DNA of 64,000 nucleotides from a plasmid: sequence record NZ_CP014128.2; one strand, 5' to 3'. Shown piece by piece: positions 18,501 to 27,266 of this stretch (position 1 is its first letter; each line of letters starts with the position of its first letter). The notes under the pieces were generated by a model. It saw only the letters and a program-made list of their open reading frames with translations, ran no database searches and was not told where the DNA came from. The position numbers and the translations under genes were made by a program.

Positions 18501-21109
18501 CACTGCTCACGAGGCTGATGGAAAATCTCGCCGTCGTGGTTTACGGCGTAAAGATTCTGGTGATTGTCGACGTGTATATCCTTCAGAGTGCCGGTGATTC
18601 CTTCACGGCTGAGGGTTTGCACTGGTCGCGCCAGTTGCTGGGTGCCAGGCTTGATCTGGAATGAGCGAATGTCGCCTTTTTCCGACAGCGCCAGATATTT
18701 ATTCACCCCAATCACCGCCATCGCCTGAGCTTTATCAGCTTTATCCAGTCCCTGAAGGGCGCTTCCCGGCTCCGGCTTGTTGCGTACATGCGGTAGCGTA
18801 AAGAAGTTATCTTTGCCCTGACTGATGGAGGAGGTGCTCTGGTTAATATCCAGCCGCTTTACCTCACCCTCTTTCAGAATATATGCCGCGCCGTCCAGCC
18901 CTTTTTTCAGCTGCTGACAGTCTGATTCTGCGGCGGTCCAGCCTTTGGTCAGCTGGTCGAAGTAGTGAACCTTCCCTTCCTGAAGCGTCAGGCTGCCTTC
19001 ACGCCCCATATTGAGAATCTGATGCGGCTCCGGGTTAACATTTTGCAGGCCAAGATGACTGTTGATAACCAATGTGTCGCTGAGATTCCAGCCCGCATGG
19101 AACTGATGATCGTCGCCCAACGGGCAGGCGTGTTGCTGTCTGAAGTTATCTTTTACCAGCGCATTCAACTGACCGTGATTGTCAGTGAAAAAGCCTTCAA
19201 TACGGTGGTCATGTCCGAAATGCTGTTTGAGCACCTTTTGTGACATGCTCTGCATCGGCAGCTCGCCCTCTCTGACATTCGATAATACGCCGCTGTAGAG
19301 TTTGCCTTCGCTGTCGGCGGCATACAGCTTGCCATGACTGATACCAATTGATTGCGTTTCCAGATGAGGTTCACCCCGCTTCAGCATCTGCATGGTATCG
19401 GCAAGATGCAGGCTGAACTGAACACGCTCTTCCGGAGAGGTATTGGACGAAGGCATCAGGCACATATGATGCGAGCTGTCTGTATCGGTCAGAATCGCCA
19501 CCTGTCCATGCTCACTGACGGCGAATGATTTGATCTTATCAACGAACTTTTCGGAGGTGTGATTATCCGACAGGTTGTGTAACGACCGACCATCCTGCAC
19601 CGCATAGAGTTTGCCATCGGCCTGACGGGAAAGCTGGCCATGCGAATCGTTGCCGGCGGTCTGCCAGACGCCAATTTCCGGATTGAGAATATGAATCTTA
19701 TCGTCGTGCAGACAAATCGACTCGCCTGCCGGGTGCTGCCAGACGCCGCAGAGCAGGGAGCGGTGAACGTCTCCCGGCTGATTGACATTTAGTTTATTCT
19801 TACCGTCAGTACCGATGCTTATCTGAATTTTACCGTTGTTATTCTCCAGAGTGACTGGCGTATCGCCAACCTGCGCCAGCTTTGTCCTGATATCAGAGGA
19901 CTGGCTGTTATGCAGCACGCTGTAGCCGCTCTCATGACTTTTAATATCAAATAGGCGGCCCTGTTTATCGAGTAGCAGATGCTGACGGCCATCGCTGCTG
20001 GCAGAGTGGGCCAGATAGTGCTGATCTTTTTTCCCCAGCGTTTGTGACAGTAGCGTATTGATCGCCGGAGGATTGCTGGCGGCCAGCTGCAATTTACCGT
20101 TTGCCAGCGTCATACCCAGCGTAACAACAGGAGTGGTACTCAGCTTCGACGGTACCTGAAGGGGCGACGGCTTTATGCTGCTTTCGGTTTCCAGCATGTT
20201 CTCTGCAATCGGTGACAGGGTTGGCTGGAACTTACGGGCTAGTGGCGTTGGTATACCTAACCGTGGCGGCTGCGTGGGGTTTTCCCGCTCACGCGCCATC
20301 ATCTGCTGGTGCATCTGCTGGAACTCTCTGTCGTCATCTTCTTCCGTGATTTCTGACGTGCCGGAAGGCGTGGCGGTGGTGGTCTGATGCACTTCAATTT
20401 GCTGATGGTGGCCATGCCCGTGAGTTTCACCCGAACCGTGCGTTGTTTCAGGACTGCCTGGCGGGGTGGGGGGGAGCTCTTCAATCTCATGGTGACTGAC
20501 GGGAATATTAATCGGCGTATGGCTGCCAGTGGGAGAAGGTTGGTTCATTCTGCTCAGTATGTTCTGCCTCATCTGGCTGAAGTTTTGCAACTGATGATGC
20601 TTAAGGTGCGTCGGCACGCTATCGGTATGGCCTTCTGTTACCCTTTGCCGACCGCTCATATCGTCAGGATTGTGGCGTTTCGCGCCATCGGAACGGGTCA
20701 GGCGAGCGGCTGCTGACGGAGCGGCAGTTTCAGTTTCATTGTCGACCTCATGCTGCGCCAGTAAATCCCCCAGAGTCGGACGTCTGATTCGGCCGATATC
20801 TGCTGCTGCCGAGCTGGAGGTCGCGGTCTGTGCTGAGGGTTTCTCAGATTTTTTAAACCCGAACATGCTTTTCAGGCTGAAAGATTTTTTTTGCTGGCGA
20901 CCGGTACTTTTTCCATCCTGCCCGGTGAGCTGCTGATGGACATGGGGTAACTTTCCACGATTTTTACCATCGGCTGCCAGCGATCCGGCAGCAGCCTGCG
21001 GCGTGCTGCTGCTGCAGCCCTGTTGCAGCGCCGCCCCATTTCCGCTCTTCTTCTGCTCAACGTTCTGTATTACGGCTTTCTGTTCAGTGCCATGCAATCT
21101 CAACTTCAT
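15512..21109 (-). CDS. dspE: DspE/DspA (AvrE-family type III effector)
   Basis: About 1865 aa, colinear with E. amylovora DspE ([13 protein letters not shown]... to ...[14 protein letters not shown]). Start set to ATG 21109, which has an SD-like GGGGGCAGG upstream and matches the MELKSLGTEHK-type N-terminus. The ORF-track start at 21130 lacks an SD. Confidence 0.85.
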
Positions 21110-21154
21110 AACCTGCCCCCCGTCCCGCATCCCGCGTGAAACATTAATGAAAGT

Positions 21155-21182
21155 TATGTAGCGGGCTAAAGCTAAAGGTTCC
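21155..21182 (-). promoter_or_regulatory. Candidate hrp box for dspE (GGAACC-N15-CTACATA)
   Basis: Minus strand reads GGAACC tttagctttagcccg CTACATAAC. -35 is perfect. -10 deviates from CCACNNA at position 2. Lies 45 nt upstream of ATG 21109. Confidence 0.5.
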
Positions 21183-21222
21183 CGTCAGAGGCCAAAAAAG
21201 TCTGTTTTACGGCACAAAATGA

Positions 21223-21250
21223 GGAACCTCAGAGACCCTCGACCCACTCA
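21223..21250 (+). promoter_or_regulatory. hrp box (HrpL-dependent promoter) for hrpW
   Basis: GGAACC tcagagaccctcgac CCACTCAAG. Lies 60 nt upstream of the hrpW ATG. Confidence 0.75.
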
Positions 21251-21309
21251 AGACAGGCAGCCGACGCTGCATGTACGCGGGAAGTTAACCTTCAATAAGG
21301 GGAAAATCC

Positions 21310-22764
21310 ATGTCAGGTCTGACACTTAGAATTACTATCCCGAACTCGCTAGGGCATTTTCAGCCCGGAGAGAATAACGGGCCTTCTACCGGTAATAACG
21401 CAAACTCCGCTCTGGGCCAGCAGCCCGGTGATCAGCAAACCATTGAACACATGGCTCAGCTGTTGGCGACACTGTTAAAACCACTGATCTCCTCCCAGAG
21501 CGGAGATTCCTCCAGTGATGCTAATGGGATTAGTGCGTTATCCGGCCCAGGCAACTCCGGCGGGGCGTATGGCGTATCTGGCAACAGTCCGCTCTCCGAC
21601 TTAGGTCATGCAAGCGGCCTGACAGGTCAGAACGGCAGTGTCAGCGGCGCATCGCAGGATGACAGCCAGTCAATGCTTAATGATATGAGCAGCAACGGGC
21701 TGGATCAGAGCCTTAGCTCTGACGGTCAGGGCGGCGGTAATATCAGCGACAATCCGTTGCTAAAAGCGTTACTGAAGCTTATAGCGCAGATGATGGACGG
21801 GCTGAACGGTCAGTATGGTCAGCCAGACGGCAGTGACGGTTCATCTTCTTCTGGCGGCGGCACCTCTCTGGCGGATGGCTCGGGTGGTGGGGTAGCTGGC
21901 GGCAGCTCTCCTTTTGGTGGCACCTCACTTGCCGATGGTTCAGGGGGCGGTGCTTCTCTTGGCGGGGGCTCGCTTACCGGCGGTTCCGGCGGCGACGAGT
22001 CCCTCCCCACCTCACCGGTTTTCAGCGGTCATGAGGCGAGTTCGCTGCCTACCGGCACTCCGGCTGTGGGGTCAACCACGCACACGCCGGTTAGCGATCA
22101 CGCCGATCCGCTGGGCAGCGCAGGCACCGGCGCGGCGCAGGATGTGGGTTTCCCCACCGCCAGCGCCAATCCTAACGTGGTGCACGACACCATTGTGGTT
22201 AAAGCCGGCCAGATCTTTGATGGTAAAGGGCAGACCTTCACTGCCGGGAACGAACTGGGCGATGGCGGTCAGTCCGAAAGCCAGAAACCGCTGTTTAAAC
22301 TGGAAGACGGCGCCAGCCTGAAAAATGTGGTGATTGGTAATAACGGTGCAGATGGCATCCACCTCTACGGTGATGCCAAAATCGATAATCTGCATGTCAC
22401 CAATGTGGGTGAGGATGCCATTACCGTGAAGCCCAATAAAGAGGGAAAAAAATCTAATGTTGAAATCAGCAACAGCACCTTCCAGAATGCATCGGATAAA
22501 ATTCTTCAACTGAATGCCGATACTGACCTGACCGTTAACAATGTGAAAGCGAAAGACTTTGGCACTTTCGTCCGCACTAACGGCGGCCGGCAGGGGGATT
22601 GGGATCTGAATCTCAGCCACATCAGTGCGCAGAACGGCAAGTTCTCGTTCGTGAAAAGCGACAGTGAAGGGCTGAAAGTCAATACCAGTGATGTCTCGCT
22701 GGACAACGTTGAAAACCACTACAAGGTTCCGGCATCCGCTAAACTGACAGCGGTAGCGTCATGA
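21310..22764 (+). CDS. hrpW: HrpW harpin with C-terminal class-3 pectate-lyase domain
   Basis: Gly/Ser-rich N-terminal half with tandem GGTSLADGSGGG repeats. C-terminal VVHDTIVVKAGQIFDGKGQTF...NVVIGNNGADGIHLYGDAKIDNLHVTNVGEDAITVK Pel-like domain. Confidence 0.85.
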   Translation: MSGLTLRITIPNSLGHFQPGENNGPSTGNNANSALGQQPGDQQTIEHMAQLLATLLKPLISSQSGDSSSDANGISALSGPGNSGGAYGVSGNSPLSDLGHASGLTGQNGSVSGASQDDSQSMLNDMSSNGLDQSLSSDGQGGGNISDNPLLKALLKLIAQMMDGLNGQYGQPDGSDGSSSSGGGTSLADGSGGGVAGGSSPFGGTSLADGSGGGASLGGGSLTGGSGGDESLPTSPVFSGHEASSLPTGTPAVGSTTHTPVSDHADPLGSAGTGAAQDVGFPTASANPNVVHDTIVVKAGQIFDGKGQTFTAGNELGDGGQSESQKPLFKLEDGASLKNVVIGNNGADGIHLYGDAKIDNLHVTNVGEDAITVKPNKEGKKSNVEISNSTFQNASDKILQLNADTDLTVNNVKAKDFGTFVRTNGGRQGDWDLNLSHISAQNGKFSFVKSDSEGLKVNTSDVSLDNVENHYKVPASAKLTAVAS

Positions 22765-23090
22765 TGACGCCCCAGCAGCCATGCCCGCTCACCCGTTGGG
22801 TGGACGTGGTGGATAATCAGCAGCGTCTTACTCCGGCGCAGTATCAGGCTTTTCAGCAGGCGATTGCCCAGGTTAAGGAGCGGCTCCACCAGGTGTTGAG
22901 TCGTCCGACACCGCAACGCCAGGGCCGCTTTGAGCTGAGCTCGTTTGTTGACAGTCTGCACACCGATTTCCTGCACGGAGAGCAAGGCTCAGCGACTGAT
23001 GTGAGTCAGACCGCGTGGTGGATCACCCGTTATCTGGCTGACCGACTGCTGGAACTGCAACAGTTGGAACAGGCACGAAGCAGGATGTAG
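22761..23090 (+). CDS. Small protein translationally coupled to hrpW (OrfC-like; candidate T3SS chaperone)
   Basis: 109 aa. ATGA overlap with the hrpW stop. Same position as orfC downstream of hrpW in E. amylovora-type islands. Confidence 0.5.
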   Translation: MMTPQQPCPLTRWVDVVDNQQRLTPAQYQAFQQAIAQVKERLHQVLSRPTPQRQGRFELSSFVDSLHTDFLHGEQGSATDVSQTAWWITRYLADRLLELQQLEQARSRM

Positions 23091-23095
23091 TGGTG

Positions 23096-23126
23096 CCAGT
23101 GCGTCGGCCAGAAGCCGACGCACTGG
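23096..23126. terminator. Perfect 13-bp hairpin terminator between convergent orfC and eop1
   Basis: CCAGTGCGTCGGC-cagaa-GCCGACGCACTGG followed by CATTGTTGTG. Begins 6 nt after the orfC stop. Confidence 0.6.
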
Positions 23127-23231
23127 CATTGTTGTGCAATGTGCGGTATTTCCGGGCAAAAAAACGCACCGGGAGTGACCTTGGTGCGTGGGCTAAATGA
23201 GTCGTTGACCTTTCCGGCACGCTGCCTGCCG

Positions 23232-24455
23232 TTATCTTCTGCCTCTTTGCGCAGCAAGGTATTCACCGGCGCGCTCGATCTCCTGAAAGCGAAAGCCTTC
23301 AATCGAGGTGCTATAGGCTTTATCAAAGCGTTGTGCGCGATAGGCCAGATTGCGGTGCAGTAGCGTTTCAGCATGCAGGCCGCCTTTGTCTTTCGAAACG
23401 ATGTCGTTCTCACGAGGTCCACCCTCAATATGAGATTTAGATTGCGCATGTTTAAAAAACTCAGACGGCTTCGGCACATTCTGTTCGCCTGCATGAAGAC
23501 GCGATGTATAGTCGTCATAATGCTTAAAGCTTTTCAGCGCATTATTCAGCGCAAACATCGCACAATCCCATGATGAGGCCTGAATAAAGTTACCTACCAT
23601 CTTCACTCTGGCTCCCTTTAGACCCTGCTCAATTCCCTGTTTTATTGGATCCATCATATTTCCCAGCGCTGACTCGAAACACACGATTGATGGACGATGA
23701 CCCGGGCGTAACTGGATATCAAGTGCAATATGGTGATCTGGCATCCCCTTCGCAGGCGCAAAGACCACGCGCATATTCCCGGGCTGTCTGCTGTTCCAGA
23801 CCTGTTTATTTTGCTCTTTGATGGCCTTATAACATTCATCCGGTCCTTTAAAGACATGCAGATTCAAGTCTGGATGACGGGCATTTTCTGCATCGGCAAT
23901 GAGCGGCATCATCTTTTTATCCAGCCGGGTGAGCAGTACATTTGTACCGGAGTTGTCCTTCACCAGATCGGTAGCCAGTTTGGCGTAATCGTATAAATCT
24001 TTATCCAGTTTCTTAAGCTTCGGCAGGTTAACAGTATCCATCTTCTGCTGGAGTCGTCCCGGTAATCTCTCCGGGTTCTGCGGCAGGGGATCGCTACGCG
24101 ACATTTTTGATGAAGACTGCATCATGTCGTGGAACTGGACCAATTCAGTATTCTCACGACGGCCGCTTTGACGAATCAAGCCCAATGATGAACCGGTCGA
24201 CATACTGCCCTCGCCAGCGGATTGCGCCGAAGAGCTGCTCGCTTCACCACGATGCCTGGTGGTGGCACGAGCGCGATCCGGCGTGCTTTGGGTGGCGCTG
24301 GCATTGTAGCGAACATCAGGGGACATGGCATTTTGACGCTGTAATCGTCCGGCTCTGCCTGCCGGTAATGGTGACGCCTGAGGTGACGCAGTCGGCGTGC
24401 GTTCGGGCTGCTGAGACGGGCTTTTATTGCCCGTTATCGCACGAAAAATATTCAT
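23232..24455 (-). CDS. eop1: Eop1/OrfA, YopJ/AvrRxv-family type III effector (acetyltransferase/Cys-protease fold)
   Basis: 407 aa. Catalytic His (PDHHIALD), Glu and Cys (SSWDCAMFALN) in YopJ order. SD GGAG present. ATGA overlap with the upstream chaperone gene. Confidence 0.8.
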   Translation of the reverse strand: MNIFRAITGNKSPSQQPERTPTASPQASPLPAGRAGRLQRQNAMSPDVRYNASATQSTPDRARATTRHRGEASSSSAQSAGEGSMSTGSSLGLIRQSGRRENTELVQFHDMMQSSSKMSRSDPLPQNPERLPGRLQQKMDTVNLPKLKKLDKDLYDYAKLATDLVKDNSGTNVLLTRLDKKMMPLIADAENARHPDLNLHVFKGPDECYKAIKEQNKQVWNSRQPGNMRVVFAPAKGMPDHHIALDIQLRPGHRPSIVCFESALGNMMDPIKQGIEQGLKGARVKMVGNFIQASSWDCAMFALNNALKSFKHYDDYTSRLHAGEQNVPKPSEFFKHAQSKSHIEGGPRENDIVSKDKGGLHAETLLHRNLAYRAQRFDKAYSTSIEGFRFQEIERAGEYLAAQRGRR

Positions 24456-24919
24456 CGAATTTTCTCCGCCATATTCAAAGTTAACCCCTGGTGTGCCAGC
24501 AGACGTGGGGCTGAAGATGGCTCAACCATGCTGTGCAGTAACTTTTTTTGCCATACTTTTGCCACCTCAATCATCTGCACGCAGGCACTGACAAAGCTGG
24601 CTTCCTCCACTGAGGGTAGCGGGAAGCGTTGGAACAACAGCAACTCGTTTTTTTCCTGATCAAGACCAAATGCCGCGCCATCGCTGGTACCGTAGTGAAA
24701 CAGGTTGGCAGCCAGAATATCCGCTAGCAGAATGCTGCCCTGTGCCGCAGAGAGTGAACCCACGTTGAGATAAACAAACAGCCAGCTCTGCTGTTCCATA
24801 TACTCCAGCGTCATCTCAAGCGTGTTCACTTTCAGGCAACAAAGTTGATTGGCATCCAGCGACAGTGACCCCGTATCCAGACGTCTTGCCAGTGCGCCCA
24901 GTAAATCTTGTATTATCAT
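24452..24919 (-). CDS. OrfB-like type III chaperone for Eop1
   Basis: 155 aa, MIIQDLLGALARRLDTGSLSLDANQLCCLKVN... Strong SD GGAGGA. Immediately upstream of and overlapping eop1. Confidence 0.65.
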   Translation of the reverse strand: MIIQDLLGALARRLDTGSLSLDANQLCCLKVNTLEMTLEYMEQQSWLFVYLNVGSLSAAQGSILLADILAANLFHYGTSDGAAFGLDQEKNELLLFQRFPLPSVEEASFVSACVQMIEVAKVWQKKLLHSMVEPSSAPRLLAHQGLTLNMAEKIR

Positions 24920-24995
24920 GACAGTCCTCCACGGGTTAGCCTGATGTAATGCCCGAAATCTAAAGGAGCTTTACAGCTGTTAACCCAATAAGGGA

Positions 24996-25020
24996 GGCGG
25001 GCAGGCAACACCTGTCCGCC
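24996..25020 (-). terminator. Candidate intrinsic terminator after hrpN
   Basis: GGCGGGCAGG-caaca-CCTGTCCGCC, a 10-bp stem with one G-U pair. It starts 11 nt after the hrpN stop. The downstream tract on the minus strand is only weakly U-rich. Confidence 0.4.
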
Positions 25021-25030
25021 CTGCAACAAC

Positions 25031-26281
25031 TTATGCCGCGCTCAGTTTGCCCAGTGCCATATTGTTGATAGCATCGCCGGCCAGCATCGCATCAATACCC
25101 AGCGACGAACCGCCTGTACCGCGTGCCTGAAGGTTGGTGTTGCCGGTATCACCCGCCATAGCACTTTTGATCATGCCTTTAGCCTTGCTGAACTGGTCCA
25201 TACTGGATGGGGTCATACCATCATCATCTGGTTTGCTCAGGGCTTCTGCCCAGGATTTAGTGTCGGTTTTTGCTTCCGAACCTGCGCTCTTCTGATACTG
25301 AGGTTTACCGAAGGTTTCAGGATACTGATCCATAAACTGCCCCACTTCCTTTGCCATCGCCCGGTCGTCTTTGTTGATAAAAGAACGTGTGCTGCTGTCG
25401 CTGTGTGTACCGATGTTGTTCAGTGCTTCGATACCCGCTTTCATGCCAACCCCGGTTCCTACCGCATTACCTAACTGCTGAAAATCAGCCGGGCCGCTCA
25501 GGTTTTGCAGGCCCTTGACGCCAGGGCCATTACCCCCCCCCAGACCGCTACCCTGGCTCTGGCTCAGGCCGTTCCCCATCAGTGCGCTCAGTGCATCGGT
25601 AACGCCTTTGTTATAAGCCTGTTGTTCTTCTTTGCCTGGCTGACTACCCGTGCTGCTGCCCGATAATGAACCATCCTGATCGCCAAACATGCTTTGCATG
25701 ATTTCAGCGAAGATTTTCATTAATTGTTCCATCGGGCTCATGCCCGAACTGGAGTCAGAACCGGAAGTGGAACTGTCGCCATATGACGCTGGATTCAGAC
25801 CCAGCGCCTGGTCGAGCGAAGAACCCAGGTTCGATCCGGTATTACCGCCCAGCGCTGAGCCAGTATTGCCGCCCAGTGCTGAACCCAGCGCCCCCCCCAT
25901 AGTTGCCCCCAAAGGGCCGCCCAGTGCGCCGCCAGCAACGGTGCCTAACCCACCGCCCAACATGCTGCCCAGTTCACCTCCAGCGGCGCTACCCAGCCCC
26001 CCGCCCAAACCGCCACCGAGGCCGCCCAGACCACTACCTGAAGCATTCCCCAGCAGGCTGTTCAGACCGCCGCCCATCATGCTCATCATCATCATGCCGG
26101 TGAGCAAACCTGCCAGCTGATTGATGGTATCATTTTGGCTGCTCCCCCCCAGGCCCAATGACGAATTCGAGCTTAATCCTGCATTTTGCGAGCTTGTACC
26201 CAGCAACCCATTGCTGCCACCCGCACCGCCGATGTTAATTTGCAACGTGGTCGCTCCCAGCGGACTTGTATTCAGACTCAT
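25031..26281 (-). CDS. hrpN: HrpN harpin
   Basis: 416 aa, Gly-rich, Cys-free. [22 protein letters not shown]... to ...[22 protein letters not shown]. Near-identical architecture to E. amylovora HrpN. Confidence 0.9.
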   Translation of the reverse strand: MSLNTSPLGATTLQINIGGAGGSNGLLGTSSQNAGLSSNSSLGLGGSSQNDTINQLAGLLTGMMMMSMMGGGLNSLLGNASGSGLGGLGGGLGGGLGSAAGGELGSMLGGGLGTVAGGALGGPLGATMGGALGSALGGNTGSALGGNTGSNLGSSLDQALGLNPASYGDSSTSGSDSSSGMSPMEQLMKIFAEIMQSMFGDQDGSLSGSSTGSQPGKEEQQAYNKGVTDALSALMGNGLSQSQGSGLGGGNGPGVKGLQNLSGPADFQQLGNAVGTGVGMKAGIEALNNIGTHSDSSTRSFINKDDRAMAKEVGQFMDQYPETFGKPQYQKSAGSEAKTDTKSWAEALSKPDDDGMTPSSMDQFSKAKGMIKSAMAGDTGNTNLQARGTGGSSLGIDAMLAGDAINNMALGKLSAA

Positions 26282-26354
26282 ACCATCTTCCTCTGTGAAT
26301 TAATGAAATTACCCTACGGACGAAGCACCTGATGAGTGCCTTACCAGGGCTTCT

Positions 26355-26384
26355 ATTGAGTGATTCAATAATGACGGAGGTTCC
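26355..26384 (-). promoter_or_regulatory. hrp box for hrpN
   Basis: Minus strand reads GGAACC tccgtcattattgaa TCACTCAAT. Lies about 75 nt upstream of the hrpN ATG. Confidence 0.7.
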
Positions 26385-26709
26385 TCGGCGCTATGAAAAA
26401 TAAGGTATGACGATAAAGGGAAGGCAGCCCGGTTTGAGAGAGGGGGAAATAGTGGTACACAAAAAATGGCCACATCATTAAATAGCAATGACAGGCTTAC
26501 CGAAAACGCCGGGTAATCATCAACCCTATCGTGGTTTGATGATTACAGATGTCCGACATTATCTACTGGCTCAATCCATCACATGTGGTTGCGAAACAAG
26601 CTGACAGAAAGCATGTGCAAAAAGACAGCCATTATGGCTACTGACGTGATACTTGTGACCGGGTGTAACGCGCCCGGTTGCGCACCACACCGGGCTGCCC
26701 GGACAGCGA

Positions 26710-27066
26710 TTAACGGAGTTCTGTCAGCGCAATTCCTGCCAGGCTGAACAACTGCGCGATCTGCTGTTTATCATCTGCTGATTCTTCGCTAATTTGACGC
26801 CAGCAGGAGAGACTCCGCTCAGCGTTCAGACACAGGTAGCAACCGTCATAGCGCTCAGGACGCAGCGCCCGACGGCGCAGCAGACGCTGAAAGAGTCCTG
26901 GAGGCTGGTATGTGGGTTGCAGGTTGAGCATCGCTTCCCGTCCGTGTTCACCGCACAGCACCAGCAGTTCTACCCCCTGCAGCACCGGCCAGCGACAGCT
27001 CTGGCGCAGTTGTAGCAGGCTGAGCAGGGCCGATAACGAACCGACCTGCGGACACGAATTACTCAT
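26710..27066 (-). CDS. hrpV: HrpV (negative regulator of hrp expression)
   Basis: Last gene of the hrpC operon. 118 aa from ATG 27066, overlapping the hrpT stop by 8 nt. The ORF track's alternative start at 27099 gives 129 aa. Confidence 0.6.
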   Translation of the reverse strand: MSNSCPQVGSLSALLSLLQLRQSCRWPVLQGVELLVLCGEHGREAMLNLQPTYQPPGLFQRLLRRRALRPERYDGCYLCLNAERSLSCWRQISEESADDKQQIAQLFSLAGIALTELR

Positions 27067-27253
27067 TAACAGTGACCTGTGTAAAATCGGCGACGCCATT
27101 GCGTAGCTCTGGCTGCCACCAGATAACCAGCTGATGCGAACCTGACTGTGGACGGCAGCCCACGGAGGTACAGGTCAATCCGTTATCGTGGCGTTTGGCA
27201 CAACCGGTCAGCAGCAGCGCCAGACCCAGCAGGATGAAAGGGGCTTTTTTCAT
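27059..27253 (-). CDS. hrpT: HrpT lipoprotein (secretin pilotin)
   Basis: 64 aa. Signal peptide plus lipobox LLLTGC (MKKAPFILLGLALLLTGCAK). Confidence 0.7.
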   Translation of the reverse strand: MKKAPFILLGLALLLTGCAKRHDNGLTCTSVGCRPQSGSHQLVIWWQPELRNGVADFTQVTVNE

Positions 27254-27266
27254 TGTTTTTCTCTGC

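Noticed and set aside
15636-21060. Many 60-130 aa ORFs on both strands inside dspE
   Set aside because: All are embedded in or antisense to the 5.6-kb dspE reading frame, which has continuous homology to DspE/AvrE. No SDs were found.
25689-26303. Pro/Ala-rich plus-strand ORFs ([14 protein letters not shown]...) opposite hrpN, and the PPEPP-rich ORF 21819..22010 opposite hrpW
   Set aside because: They are mirror images of the GGC/GGT-rich glycine codons of the harpin genes. They are compositional artefacts.
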